This document shows, piece after piece, positions 13,887 to 26,424 of a DNA stretch of 64,000 bases. Position 1 is the first letter of the stretch, and each line of letters starts with the position of its first letter. Under the pieces are notes generated by a model. That model saw only the letters and a list, made by a program, of their open reading frames with translations. It was not told the DNA's origin and ran no database searches. The position numbers and the translations under genes were made by a program. Origin of the DNA: Eledone cirrhosa. Taxonomy: Eukaryota. The stretch lies in assembly GCA_964016885.1 (NCBI GenBank), contig OZ024742.1, positions 57,164,001 to 57,228,000 of the forward strand, given 5' to 3'.

Positions 13887-14520
13887 TTATTATTATTATC
13901 ATTGGTGTAGTGCTGAGTTCAAATCCTGCCGAGGTTAACTTTTCCTTTCATCCTTACGGGGTCGATAAAATAAAGTACCAGTAACGTACTGGGGTTGATT
14001 TAATCGACTTTCCCCTCCCTCCAAATTACTGACCTTGTGCCTATACTAGAAATTATTAGGGCGGTTGACTGGCAGTATTGGTAGAAAGTCGGGCAGCATG
14101 GTTTGCAGCATATATATTGAATAAAGTGAGAAACAGGGAGAGAAATCAATCGAAGTACTTTATTCATCCCATCCGAAAAGATGAAAAGCAAATTTGACTT
14201 CAGATGTATTTGAAATCAGAGTGCAGGGATGGAGAAAGTAGCTACCGCAGGCAAATTTATATGAGCGAGGCCCTAACAAATCTGCCAATTCTCACCCCCT
14301 TGTGCTTCGTTAAGCTAATGAAACGTCTTCCTTGGTTGTCGGTGGCAGAGTCGTGAGAACATCGTTCAAACCACTCTGTGGTATTTCTACAGACTCTCTC
14401 TGTTCAAATACCACTGAAGTTAACTTTGCCTTTCATCTGTACGAGATCAATAAATAAACTACTACACCAGTAGTGAGATCGATTATTCCTTCTTTTTCCT
14501 TTCTCTCTCTCATTCTCTTC

Positions 14521-14552
<32 letters not shown>

Positions 14553-16544
14553 ATTTCTCTTTCTCTATTTCTCTCTTCATTTCTGTTTCTAACTCTCTCG
14601 ATTTCTTTCTTTCTATCAGAATTGATTATAGCCCACAAGATTGTGTCTTCTAAAGAACGAAAACTCCTACAGAAAGGCAATGCGAAGCTCCGTTTATAAT
14701 CTTTCAGGGAAATTCCACAACAAGGACATACTGCTTGTCCAAGTCGCCAACAGGGGTCACTCGTCTGGAGCAAAGAATTTACAACCTCATATCTGAGATA
14801 ACATGATATTCCATATCCAATTTGGGTATAATATTAACCACAGCCCAATAGGGGGCTAAAGCGAATCAACAATAATGTATCGTTGTAAGAGCGGTGGGTA
14901 GCAGAATTGATAGATCGGTGAACAATATAGCTTCTCGTGGTATTTAGTTACGTTCCGAGTTCAAATTCAGCCAGAGTTGTCTTTTCTTTTCATTCTTCTG
15001 GATGAAATTTCTGGTTGTGTTAATGTGATAAATCACTGAGTTGTCTTTGTTAATTGAAGAATATCCAATAATAAATCATTGAATATTCATCAGTCAACAA
15101 TGCTGACTCAACTAGAATCAGTTTATAATATTTCAAATTTTCCAGGCGATGCAATAATATAAGATATTATCTTGTGATGACATAGTTTTATTAGTAATCC
15201 TTTCATTGGGATGAACAGTTGGAGATAACAGTAATTGTGATGGTCTGCCTGAAGGCCTATAAATTATCATATTTATTGACATATTCATACATGCACAAAG
15301 ATAACAAATTTGTCTTTTCTATTTGTTTTAACATTACTTTTTCACTGTGATGAAAAATGCTGGATTATAATTGCCTTCATATTATTTTCAACTTTCTTCT
15401 CTTCTTCATCTTTTTCTTCGTTATATATTTTAATTATATATGCAATAAGAACATGGTGATCCACCATGTGTCTATCATATTTAGCATAGGGTTGCATCTG
15501 GAGTTCATATGTGGACTGTACCTAGCCTTTCTTCTGGAAATAATAGTCCGAATATAGTTCCACTTTTATAGATAAATGGAGCTGTTTTTCCTAGTACCAT
15601 GGATTATAAAACTTTCACCAAACATGCTAATAAAGTCTTTTTTTAATCTGGTATTTGTTTTAGGTATTAATAAACCCGAGCAAGACCGGGGACTGCAGCT
15701 AGTAATTAAATATAATATAAGCTTCTATTGATAGATCACTATCAAACAGCACAGACGAAAATATCTCCGTCATCAGTCATATTTAAAGAACAGTATGTTA
15801 GCTTTGCAAAATATCATCTTCCTAACAAAGATATTGATTTCTTACAAATGTGCAAGTTCAAAGATTTGTAGAGGAATTGGAATGTATGTTTCTTCCATTT
15901 CATTAACACATTCGATAGTAGCGAACATTAAATGAAATGGCTACAGTCAAGAATCGAAACTGACTCACTGGTGTGGAATACACTGACTTTATCTTTACTG
16001 TATGATACTTAACTGAGTTGAAGGCAGCGAAGTGACAGGGTCGTTAGAACGTCAGATAGAATGCTTTATAGCATTTTGTTCCAGTCTTCTGCACTCTGAG
16101 TTCAAACCCTGCCAATTTCAATTTTGTATTTCATCATTTCGGGGTCGATAAAGCATCAGTCCAGTAACTGGGGTCGCTTCTTCTTTGATATCTATTATTT
16201 CTTCTCTCTCTCTTTGGAAAAAATCGGGTGTGTTCAACGTGGAAAGGGATGTGGACTCTGCCTGGATTAATTGTCCAAGTCACACAGTATATCAATAGAG
16301 CACCCCAACGACTCCATCGGGAGTTATGGCCCCATGGCACATCATGGCGGTAGCCAAGTGTCCCACTATATATTTTATGGCACAAAAGAATCTGGTAAAA
16401 TATTTAAAATGAAATTATGGGAAGTTCTGTATTTTTTGCAAGAACATTGATAAAATATATGAAATGAAATTGCTGGCCTACAACCATTTTGTTGACATAA
16501 ATCGGTATAATTTCATTCTGTTATCCTTACTTACCAGCTAAAAT

Positions 16545-16800
16545 ATCATCATCATCCAGTTTTTGATTATGCAGAACACAATTAATCCCTAAGTAGGGGT
16601 GGGTCCTCCCTGACAACGCTCCTTACGCTCCATGTGTTTCTATCCGCCGTCTCACTTGGGCCAGGCCAACCCTAGCTTGATCCCGACGTACATCCTCCAT
16701 CCAAGTCCTTTTTGGTCTTGCTGGGCCACTACTGCCTCATGGATCGATATTCATCACTTTACTGATCCAGCCCTCATCGTGTTCGACATGGCCGTACTGA
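16545..16800 (-). mobile_element. RTE-like LINE 3' end fragment
   Basis: Minus-strand YGHVEH...RPKRTWMEDVRRD...DRNTW with a short (GAT)n tail. Confidence 0.65.
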
Positions 16801-17103
16801 GAAAATAATCCAGGGGAAATTTATAATTTTGTTCATTTATATTAGAGCTGAAAAGGGTTAACATGTTTACAGTTTATTTTCTGTGACACCATTTATCTTA
16901 AAATGTAAGAAAAGTATTCGCAGAAATATTGTTGTGAAGCAGACCCTTCTCTTGAATTATTTATACGTTAATAATAAAACATAGATTTTAGATGACTTCA
17001 TTTCAGTTTATTTATTCCCACCACTTCCACGAAAAGAGAAAGAGAGCTAGGAAGGAGTGGTGAATTGCTTACACACACACACATTCACAAACACACACAC
17101 ATT

Positions 17104-17235
<132 letters not shown>

Positions 17236-17390
17236 AATCTCTTCAAATTATAAGTTATATGTCGTTTAGGTGATGTGCACGGTATTTCCAATATTAACTG
17301 GTTCATCTTATCTGTAAACTTGTCATTTTGTATATATACATATATGTATATATATATATATACATGTATATATATATATATACATATATG

Positions 17391-19076
17391 GTTATACTTT
17401 GGGAGGGTCATGTTGCCAATAAGAAACACACGCACCAGTTGCTTTCACTTCAATTTATTATAATAAATTTATAATAAATTTATAAATTTATAAATTTCTG
17501 GTTGGTTGGTTGGTTCCACAACCAGATAGTTGTTTATATATTGTCATAGTTCTTTCGTCACACACTCTGTGACCTCTTCAGTGACTGGGGATTCCTTTCT
17601 TTGTTTCTGTGCCTCTCCTTTATTCTGTCCTACGCCATTTTGTTTCTGTGTGTGTGTTGTGTGCTCAGTCTGCGCATGCGCCACATCCGGGTGTCTGTGT
17701 GTGTTTATGTTCATTTATTTATTTGTTTATTTACATGTTACTGGTTGGTTGTTTGTTCTATGTGTGTGTGTGTTTTCATTTTGTCCTTAATTGTAAGTTG
17801 TGATGTTGCTGTTCCACTCATATTTTCTATTTAATTTTGGTTGTAATTCTTATATTTTTTTTTTTTTTATATATAGTACTAGACACAGAGCTCTGGTTAG
17901 ATACCATTAATAACAAAAAGCAAATCGTCCATTCCCATTATGCCAAACCCATGACTTCCAAACATCTGATCCACCGAAACTCGGCCGTTTCGGACCATAC
18001 CAAAATCAACATACTGATTGCGGATTTGGTACGGGTGATGAGAAACGTGTCCCGCATGTGCAACCCCGAAGAACTAGAGAGACACATACAACACTTCATC
18101 CACCGTACGCAGTTCTCTGGCTACAATCAGAGAGATAAAATCAGAGTGTATAGAGGAGCCAGAACCAAATGGGAAAAAATTGTAAATAATGACATAAATG
18201 GGACCTGCCCCTTGTATAGGAGCAAATTTTGGAATAGAATAGAAAGAACTAGGAACAAGGCTAATAGAATAAACTCATGGTATGATAGCAATAAATACCA
18301 GAGTGTAATGTTCATCGATACAACCCCTAGAGGTGAATTAGCTTACAAATTTAGAAGGGCCCTAAATAAACATAAATTCAATATTAAGATAGTAGAAAGA
18401 TCAGGTACCTCCGTAAAAACACTTATTAGCAAGACATACCCTTTTCAAAGACCCTCATGTATAGATAAGAAATATATAACATAGAATCTACACATAGAAA
18501 AGACGCAATGTTTAGACAAATTACAGAGGCAATAAACATTAAAAAAAATAAATAAATAAAAGAATTACAACCAAAATTAAATAGAAAATATGAGTGGAAC
18601 AGCAACATCACAACTTACAATTAAGGACAAAATGAAAACACACATAGAACAAACAAACAACCAGTAACATGTAAATAAACAAATAAATAAATGAACATAA
18701 ACACACACAGACACCCGGATGTGGCGAATGCGCAGACTGAGCACACAACACACACACAGAAACAAAATGGCGTAGGACAGAACAAAGGAGAGGCACAGAA
18801 ACAAAGAAAGGAATCCCCAGTCACTGAAGAGGTCACAGAGTGTGTGACGAAAGAACTATGACAATATATAAACAACTATCTGGTTGTGGAACCAACCAAC
18901 CAACCAGAAATTTATAAATTTATAAATTTATTATAAATTTATTATAATAAATTGAAGTGAAAGCAACTGGTGCGTGTGTTTCTTATTGGCAACCTGACCC
19001 TCCCAAAGTATAACAATATCGGTTTCAACACACGATTTCAGATAAAGAATCTTGCTAAACAAATTCAGAAACGAAA
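17391..19076 (+). mobile_element. 5'-truncated Penelope-like element with inverted pLTRs (family P1)
   Basis: Inverted ~470-bp arms 17391-17860 / 18545-19013 surround an RT thumb ORF (YAKPMTSKHLIHRNSA..., 17878-18484) and a GIY-YIG C-terminal remnant (RQITEAINIK). HHRs at 17543-17585(-) and 18820-18862(+). Flanked by (TA)n. Confidence 0.9.
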
Positions 19077-19104
19077 TATACATATATGTATATATATATA
19101 TACA

Positions 19105-19167
<63 letters not shown>

Positions 19168-19721
19168 ATGGTGACTGCCAACTCGTTTTCGAGTACGGCC
19201 ACTACTTTATATCCATGTAGGAGAACCCCTACCGATGCGCTTAATGAGTGTGACTTTTTAGTCCAGCCAGCGACTTGAAAACTCTGGTACAAACACTACA
19301 CTTGTGACAACTATTGACACATAGCGCTGGGCCCATGGTACCATGTGACGACAAGTGCAGAGAGATCTCCAGATATAAAGCAATGCCTGTGCCATGAAGC
19401 TTTTATAGTGAGCAAAGGCACTGCACAAAGCCAGTCCCACTCTCTTAACCAAGATGATATTTACCAAAAAGAAGAACAAGTCAACATCATTGGATACCAT
19501 CAGGGCTGCAGGTGTTATATCAGAGTTTTCCTTCGCCTAGAATTCTGCCTTGAAAAAGGCTAAGGGGTCATCTCTCCCGGTGATTTTGGATGGCCATTAA
19601 CTCTTAAGAGCTCCTTTGCCCTTTGACAGGTTTTGATTTTAGTCCTGCAGGATGTCCAAACTCACTCTCCTCACCAAGAAACCATGGTGGGGTTGCCAGT
19701 TTAGTCGCCAACGACCCAACC

Positions 19722-19722
<1 letters not shown>
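19168..19722 (-). mobile_element. Short internally deleted RTE-derived element
   Basis: APE-endonuclease-like fragment joined to a C-terminal C2H2-like CSVCTRVFKSLAGLKSH. Near-identical copy at 30165-30775 and partial copy at 29915-30118. Confidence 0.6.
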
Positions 19723-19759
<37 letters not shown>

Positions 19760-19762
<3 letters not shown>

Positions 19763-20638
19763 AATATAAATTATCGAGAATCGCATTTCGGCCTACGAAA
19801 TAACGAAAAACAACCTCCGAGATGTGTGGCAAGTGCTCGATGATTCAGATGAACCAGAGCTATAACAAACGTTAAAGGCCAAACACACTGAGACGATAGT
19901 TAAACAATCATTCTCATAGCCAAAAAAATGATCAAGTAATTCGGGTCAAACAAATAAAAAATATCTGTGATTGAAAATTTACCCGGACCCCTGGAAGGTT
20001 GGTAAAATCCAGCATTTGGGTTTCTGCGGCTCCTAAATCAATTACTGTCCGCTTACATAAATAATGTTAGGCTTCTGGTAAGATGATTGAACAAGGAAGC
20101 CACTTTCGCAACAGGTTTTAGTTCAATGTTAATACAAGGACTGACTATTACTGACCCCACGTGGGGATCGGCAAGGGAGGCAGCCCCTATATCAGGCGAA
20201 TGAATTCAGTTGTGTATGTTATTGCAAGAATGCAAAAACATCACAAATCGAATAGAGTTCTTAACAGAAGGATTAAAATTAACATAAGCTATTCATCAGT
20301 CAATAGAATCAACTAAAAAATCAAGAAAATTAACTGGTCAATAGCTAGAGTCTGGAGATTAATATAAATATAAATTATCGAGAATCGCATTTCGGTCTAC
20401 GAAATAACGAAAAACAACCTCCGAGATGTGTGGCAAGTGCTCAATGATTCAGATGAATCAGAGCTATAACAAACGTTAAAGGCCAAACACACTGAGACGA
20501 TGGTTAAACAATCATTCGCATAGCCAAAAAAACGATCAAGTAATTCGGGTTAAACAAATAAAAAATATCTGTGATTGAAAATTTACCCGGACCCCTGGAT
20601 GGTTGGTAAAATACAGCATTTGGGTGTCTGCGGCTCCT

Positions 20639-20640
<2 letters not shown>
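19760..20640. mobile_element. Unclassified ~600-bp non-coding repeat (family A), one unit plus a partial tandem unit
   Basis: 19760-20360 restarts at ~20365. Other copies at 38530-39115 and, inverted, 59631-60270. All are TA-flanked. Confidence 0.8.
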
Positions 20641-20671
<31 letters not shown>

Positions 20672-21392
20672 TGCTTGTCCCCTTCAACACCAATGCAACA
20701 CACCCGCTGTAGTTTATGAAGCTGTGGTCACTTCCATTCGACCAAATCAACCACAGGAGGTCAAATCCTATGTGGGTATGGCGGAGGTCCGATTTAAGGA
20801 ACGCTTCCTGAACCACCAGTCGACCTTTAGGTACCCGGACAGTCGTTCATCCACGAAACTCGCGTGCCGCGTAAGACTCAAGTTTAGACTACTCCATTCA
20901 ATTGAAAGCCATCACTAAGTCCAAGACATACGCAAGGGGAAATCCGTCGTGTGGACTATGTATTGATGAACGGATAAATATTCTAAAGAGATTATGCAAT
21001 ACCGATTACCTAAACACGAGAAATGAATTCTTCACACGTTGTCCACACGTCTCGAAACACCTCTTACATAACTGCAAAGCTCCGGATAGAATTACAACAA
21101 CATCATAATTTTCTTATCAACTAGAAATTTTTCGGAATTTCGCAGTTATCTCCCTTACACCTCTCGCACGCATTTTAGTATTGCCTGTGTGAAGTGATCG
21201 TTTCTGCGCGTGCGCGTTCGTACGGTTGTCCTTCCTGTTACGTATAACCATGTCCATTACGAGCTGAGGATCCGCTAAGGTGAAACAATTGTTCTCGGTA
21301 TGGTGAACTAACTGTTGTGTAACCACTTCTACCTAATTCGTCCCATGGACTGAGTGCTCTACCACTACGGATACTACCTTCCAGTGTCCTAC

Positions 21393-21395
<3 letters not shown>
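20672..21395 (+). mobile_element. Naiad-type PLE 3' fragment (GIY-YIG + pLTR)
   Basis: CPLQHQC..VVYEA..SYVGMAEVRFKERFLNH..CGLCIDE..LNTRNE..CPH. HHR downstream, (TA)n on both sides. Confidence 0.85.
21260..21297 (+). ncRNA. Type I hammerhead in Naiad pLTR
   Basis: CGAG CTGAGGA T CC gctaa GG T GAAAC AATT GTT CTCG. Confidence 0.75.
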
Positions 21396-21444
<49 letters not shown>

Positions 21445-21676
21445 AAAGGATGACAAGGACGATTGGTTACTCTTTCATTACATTTATTGGTAGGTGACGC
21501 GCGTTTCGCCACTGATCAGCTCAAGGTTCTATCTGTATCGATCTTACCCGACTCAATAATCGGCAGCTCGACGGACCTTTAAAATGGTATAAGAAAATGA
21601 ATACATGCTATGTGATAAAGTCAGAAGTTCATAAATTGTACAATATGAGTTGTTTTGATTGGTGGAAAGGATCACT

Positions 21677-21747
<71 letters not shown>

Positions 21748-21936
21748 AATATATTACACAGAGAGGTGTGTTACACAGTGAGATGTGTGTAAAGAATTAT
21801 TACATGTGAGTTTAACCGTTACTGTATGGAGAACAATACCTACAGGGTAGCAATTAGATAGAAAAAAAAAATCAAGTCAGAATCAAAGAATCAATCTCTG
21901 AATTAGAGTTTTAAATTACAAACCTTATATATATAA

Positions 21937-21971
<35 letters not shown>

Positions 21972-22169
21972 TGTAGATAAATCTACCAAGAGTTTACGGT
22001 AGTGTCCAATCCGTATGAAGAACTCAATGTAATCCGGATATCATGGAAAGAAGAGATGCAATGAAAAATCACTTTCGGTGAAAGATAAACGGAATACAGA
22101 GTCAAGATAAAATATTAAAAAAATAATGAATAAAACAATGAAACAGTTCCTTATATTAAACAAAAAAAG

Positions 22170-22324
22170 TTCATTATTTAACGATCGTTTCTAGGATATA
22201 TATGTGTTAAAATTGGCATGCATATTCAACAGATCTATGTACAAAATTATACAAAATTATACAAACTATCAAAATTAAATATACATACCAAACACATATA
22301 TATGCCGTCTTCAGAAATAATGAA
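22170..22324 (-). ncRNA. Type I hammerhead with ~115-nt stem II
   Basis: TTCATTATTT CTGAAGA [long hairpin] GAAAC GATC GTT AAATAATGAA. Stem I is a perfect 10 bp. Confidence 0.7.
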
Positions 22325-22619
22325 ATATATTTATTGATAATAACAACAATTCAAAATTTCAGGTCCGTTTGGGAACAGAGTTCAAATTGACCAATGAAAA
22401 TACAAAAAATTTTATGCAGTTTGGTGTGTGTATATACATGTAATTAACTTCGTACACATATTTACATGAAGATATATGTTCACATGCATACGCATGCCAA
22501 AAAGATGTATGCAAATACAAAAATTCAAGGCTAATGTCTCTGTAAGTCTATAATCCACAGATAAAATGCGTATAGACACATAAATATGAAATAAATTTAT
22601 AGACACATTCATATACTCA

Positions 22620-22926
22620 CACATATTCGTACACTCACACACACACGCGCGTATATGCATAAACATACACATAACTACGAACATACATACACACACACAC
22701 ACCCACACACATATATATGTGCATATAGTATTATCATAAGCATATGGACATTAATGCACGCACATAAACACTGCCACACATATTTAGATCAGGATACAGA
22801 AATTAGGTGGGAGGGGGGGAGAGGTCAGTATTCAACGGTTTCGGCAGACTGCTTATTTATAGATGTATCTATAAACTTAGAAATAAAAAGAAAAGAAAAA
22901 GAAAAAAGAAAAAAGAAATATATCAA

Positions 22927-22963
<37 letters not shown>

Positions 22964-23371
22964 CACACATACACACACACACACACACATATATATATAC
23001 ATATACATATATATATACACACAAATACACACATACATATATATATACACATACATATACACATATATACACACACATATATATACACACACATATATAT
23101 ACATACACATATACATACACACACATATATATATACAAACAAGTAAAATATAAAGTATACATCGATATACATACATATAGACATATAAATAAATACACAC
23201 GCATACACACACATACATATACATACATATACATACACATATATATAAACACATACATACACATACATATACATACACATACCATATAAATACACATACA
23301 CATACATAGACGCATACATATAGAGACACATACATATACACATATAAATACATAGACACATACACACATAA

Positions 23372-23416
<45 letters not shown>

Positions 23417-23473
23417 TACACACATATGCACATACACGCATACATATATATATATATACACATACATGCATAT

Positions 23474-23518
<45 letters not shown>

Positions 23519-23584
23519 CATATATATATATACACTCACAACACTCGTATATATATACACACTCATACATATACACACATATAC

Positions 23585-23651
<67 letters not shown>

Positions 23652-23790
23652 CATATATATACAGTCACACCTACATACATATATATATATAAATGCACTC
23701 ATATATATACACACATACACATACATACCCACATATAAATATATATATATATATACATAAATATATATATATATACACACACATACACAT

Positions 23791-23867
<77 letters not shown>

Positions 23868-23990
23868 CATACACATACATACACATATACACATATACAT
23901 ATATACTCACACACACACACCTACACATACATACACATACACATATATAAAGATATATATACACACACACACACACATATATATAATATA

Positions 23991-24027
<37 letters not shown>

Positions 24028-24333
24028 TATACATATACATACATATATACATACATACATACATATACATACATATATATACACACATATACATACAAAC
24101 ATACATACATACACACACACATACATACACACACATACATACTCATACATAGACATAGATATATACTCACACACACATACGCACTTACATATACGCATAT
24201 ATACAAATACATACACATCCATATATGCGTATATACATACAAACACCACTACACGCTCACACAACTCAGACATACAAAGAAAAAGGTATATACATATACA
24301 TATATACACATATAAATAGAGATACATATACAC

Positions 24334-24368
<35 letters not shown>

Positions 24369-24464
24369 CCCACACACACGTACAACCATAAACACACATA
24401 CAAACACATACATACACACATACATATATATACACACACACAAAGACACACATACATATATATA

Positions 24465-24524
<60 letters not shown>

Positions 24525-24594
24525 CATACATACACATACACACACACATATATAGACATGCACACACATACATACATACATACATACACATACA

Positions 24595-24635
<41 letters not shown>

Positions 24636-24672
24636 GACACAGTCAGACAAATATGCACACACATACATATAC

Positions 24673-24727
<55 letters not shown>

Positions 24728-25159
24728 TATATATACACACATACATACACACACACATATATATACATACATATACACACATCAACTACAAATATACAAT
24801 ATATATATATATATATATATACACATACACACACATATACATATTTTCACATATATATATATATACATATATTATATTATAATAATAAATAAACAATATA
24901 TATATATATATATATATATAGACATACTTATATATACACGCACACACACTCACATATATATGCGCACATACGTACACATATACACATACACACATATACA
25001 CATAGACATATACATGTGCATACATGTACATACACACATATACCCACATAGATATAAAGATACACATATATATAGAGAGACATACATATACATACACATA
25101 TATACACACACATACATACACACACATATATATATACATACACGTATACTCACACATAC

Positions 25160-25195
<36 letters not shown>

Positions 25196-25340
25196 GTGTA
25201 TATATATATATATATATATACACACAATCATACACCCTTATTTGCATGCGCATATATGTATTTTTATACTTACAAATAAACACCCAAACATATATACACC
25301 TACCTACATATACAAACATACATACACGCTTACAAATACA
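22620..25340. repeat. Complex (TA)/(CA)/(TACA) microsatellite field
   Basis: About 2.7 kb of mixed dinucleotide and tetranucleotide repeats. Confidence 0.95.
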
Positions 25341-26424
25341 AATAATAATAGTAGGGGGGGAAGGGGGGGGGGGAGAAGGGGATTATAGTAAATATATGTT
25401 TCAAGAAACATAGAATATTAATCTGTATTTGGATCTCAATATGCGTTTACATAGTTTCAGTATTAGGAAATGCAAGAAAGAAGGCAAAATTATGCATTTC
25501 AATATAAGTATACCATTAATTATAGGTTAACTAAACTAAAGATAGTTAATATATTGATTTCTAAGGTGTAAATTACTTAGGTTTATAATATTTGAAGCAG
25601 AATTTTGAAGTTAAATAGTAGTAGAGTATTAATTATAGTATAACTAAATTAAAATTATTAACGTTATGGTATCAATATTAGGAAATGAATTTAGTAATAG
25701 GGAAAAAACAAATAAAGTATTACATCGGTAGTAGAATATAAATTATGGGTTAACTAAATTAAAACTTATATATTAATTTCTATAGTATATGTTAATTAGG
25801 TATATAATACATAAAACAGATATTGTATTTTATCAATAGTAGAATATAATTATATGTAAACAGAAATTAAAATTAATACATACACATATACATATACATA
25901 CATATATATATACACATATATATACATACATACACATACACATATATACATACATATACATATTTTTTCAAAAATTGCAAAGAATATATTAACTAGGTAT
26001 ACATCCAAAACCCATCCCATTCTATGATTACATGACACTCTGCAATCCGTCTGTATTAGGATACTAATTTTAAGCCAATTAAATTAAATTTTTAGGTTGA
26101 CCAAATTTAAAACCAAATTATAAATATATTTCTAAAATGTATATTAATTAGGTCTATGATACTAAAAATTATTTCTCTGTCATTGAATACACGATATTTT
26201 GTTATATTTTATCTGTAAAGGAATTTTAATAAAGGGTTAAATAAATTAAAATTAATCTATAAATTAAATTACTAAGTATATATTAGTAATATTTAAAGGT
26301 TTTTCACAATTTATGATTACACAATATTTTATATTCTCATCTGTAGTAGAATTTTAATTAAATTAAATTTATAGGTTAACTAACATTTAAATTAAATTAT
26401 ATATTAATTTCTAAAATAATGTTA

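Noticed and set aside
21488-21530. Minus-strand GAAACGCGCGTC followed by AATAAA
   Set aside because: Looks like an HHR 3' half, but the CUGANGA core and stem I are lost. At best a decayed copy.
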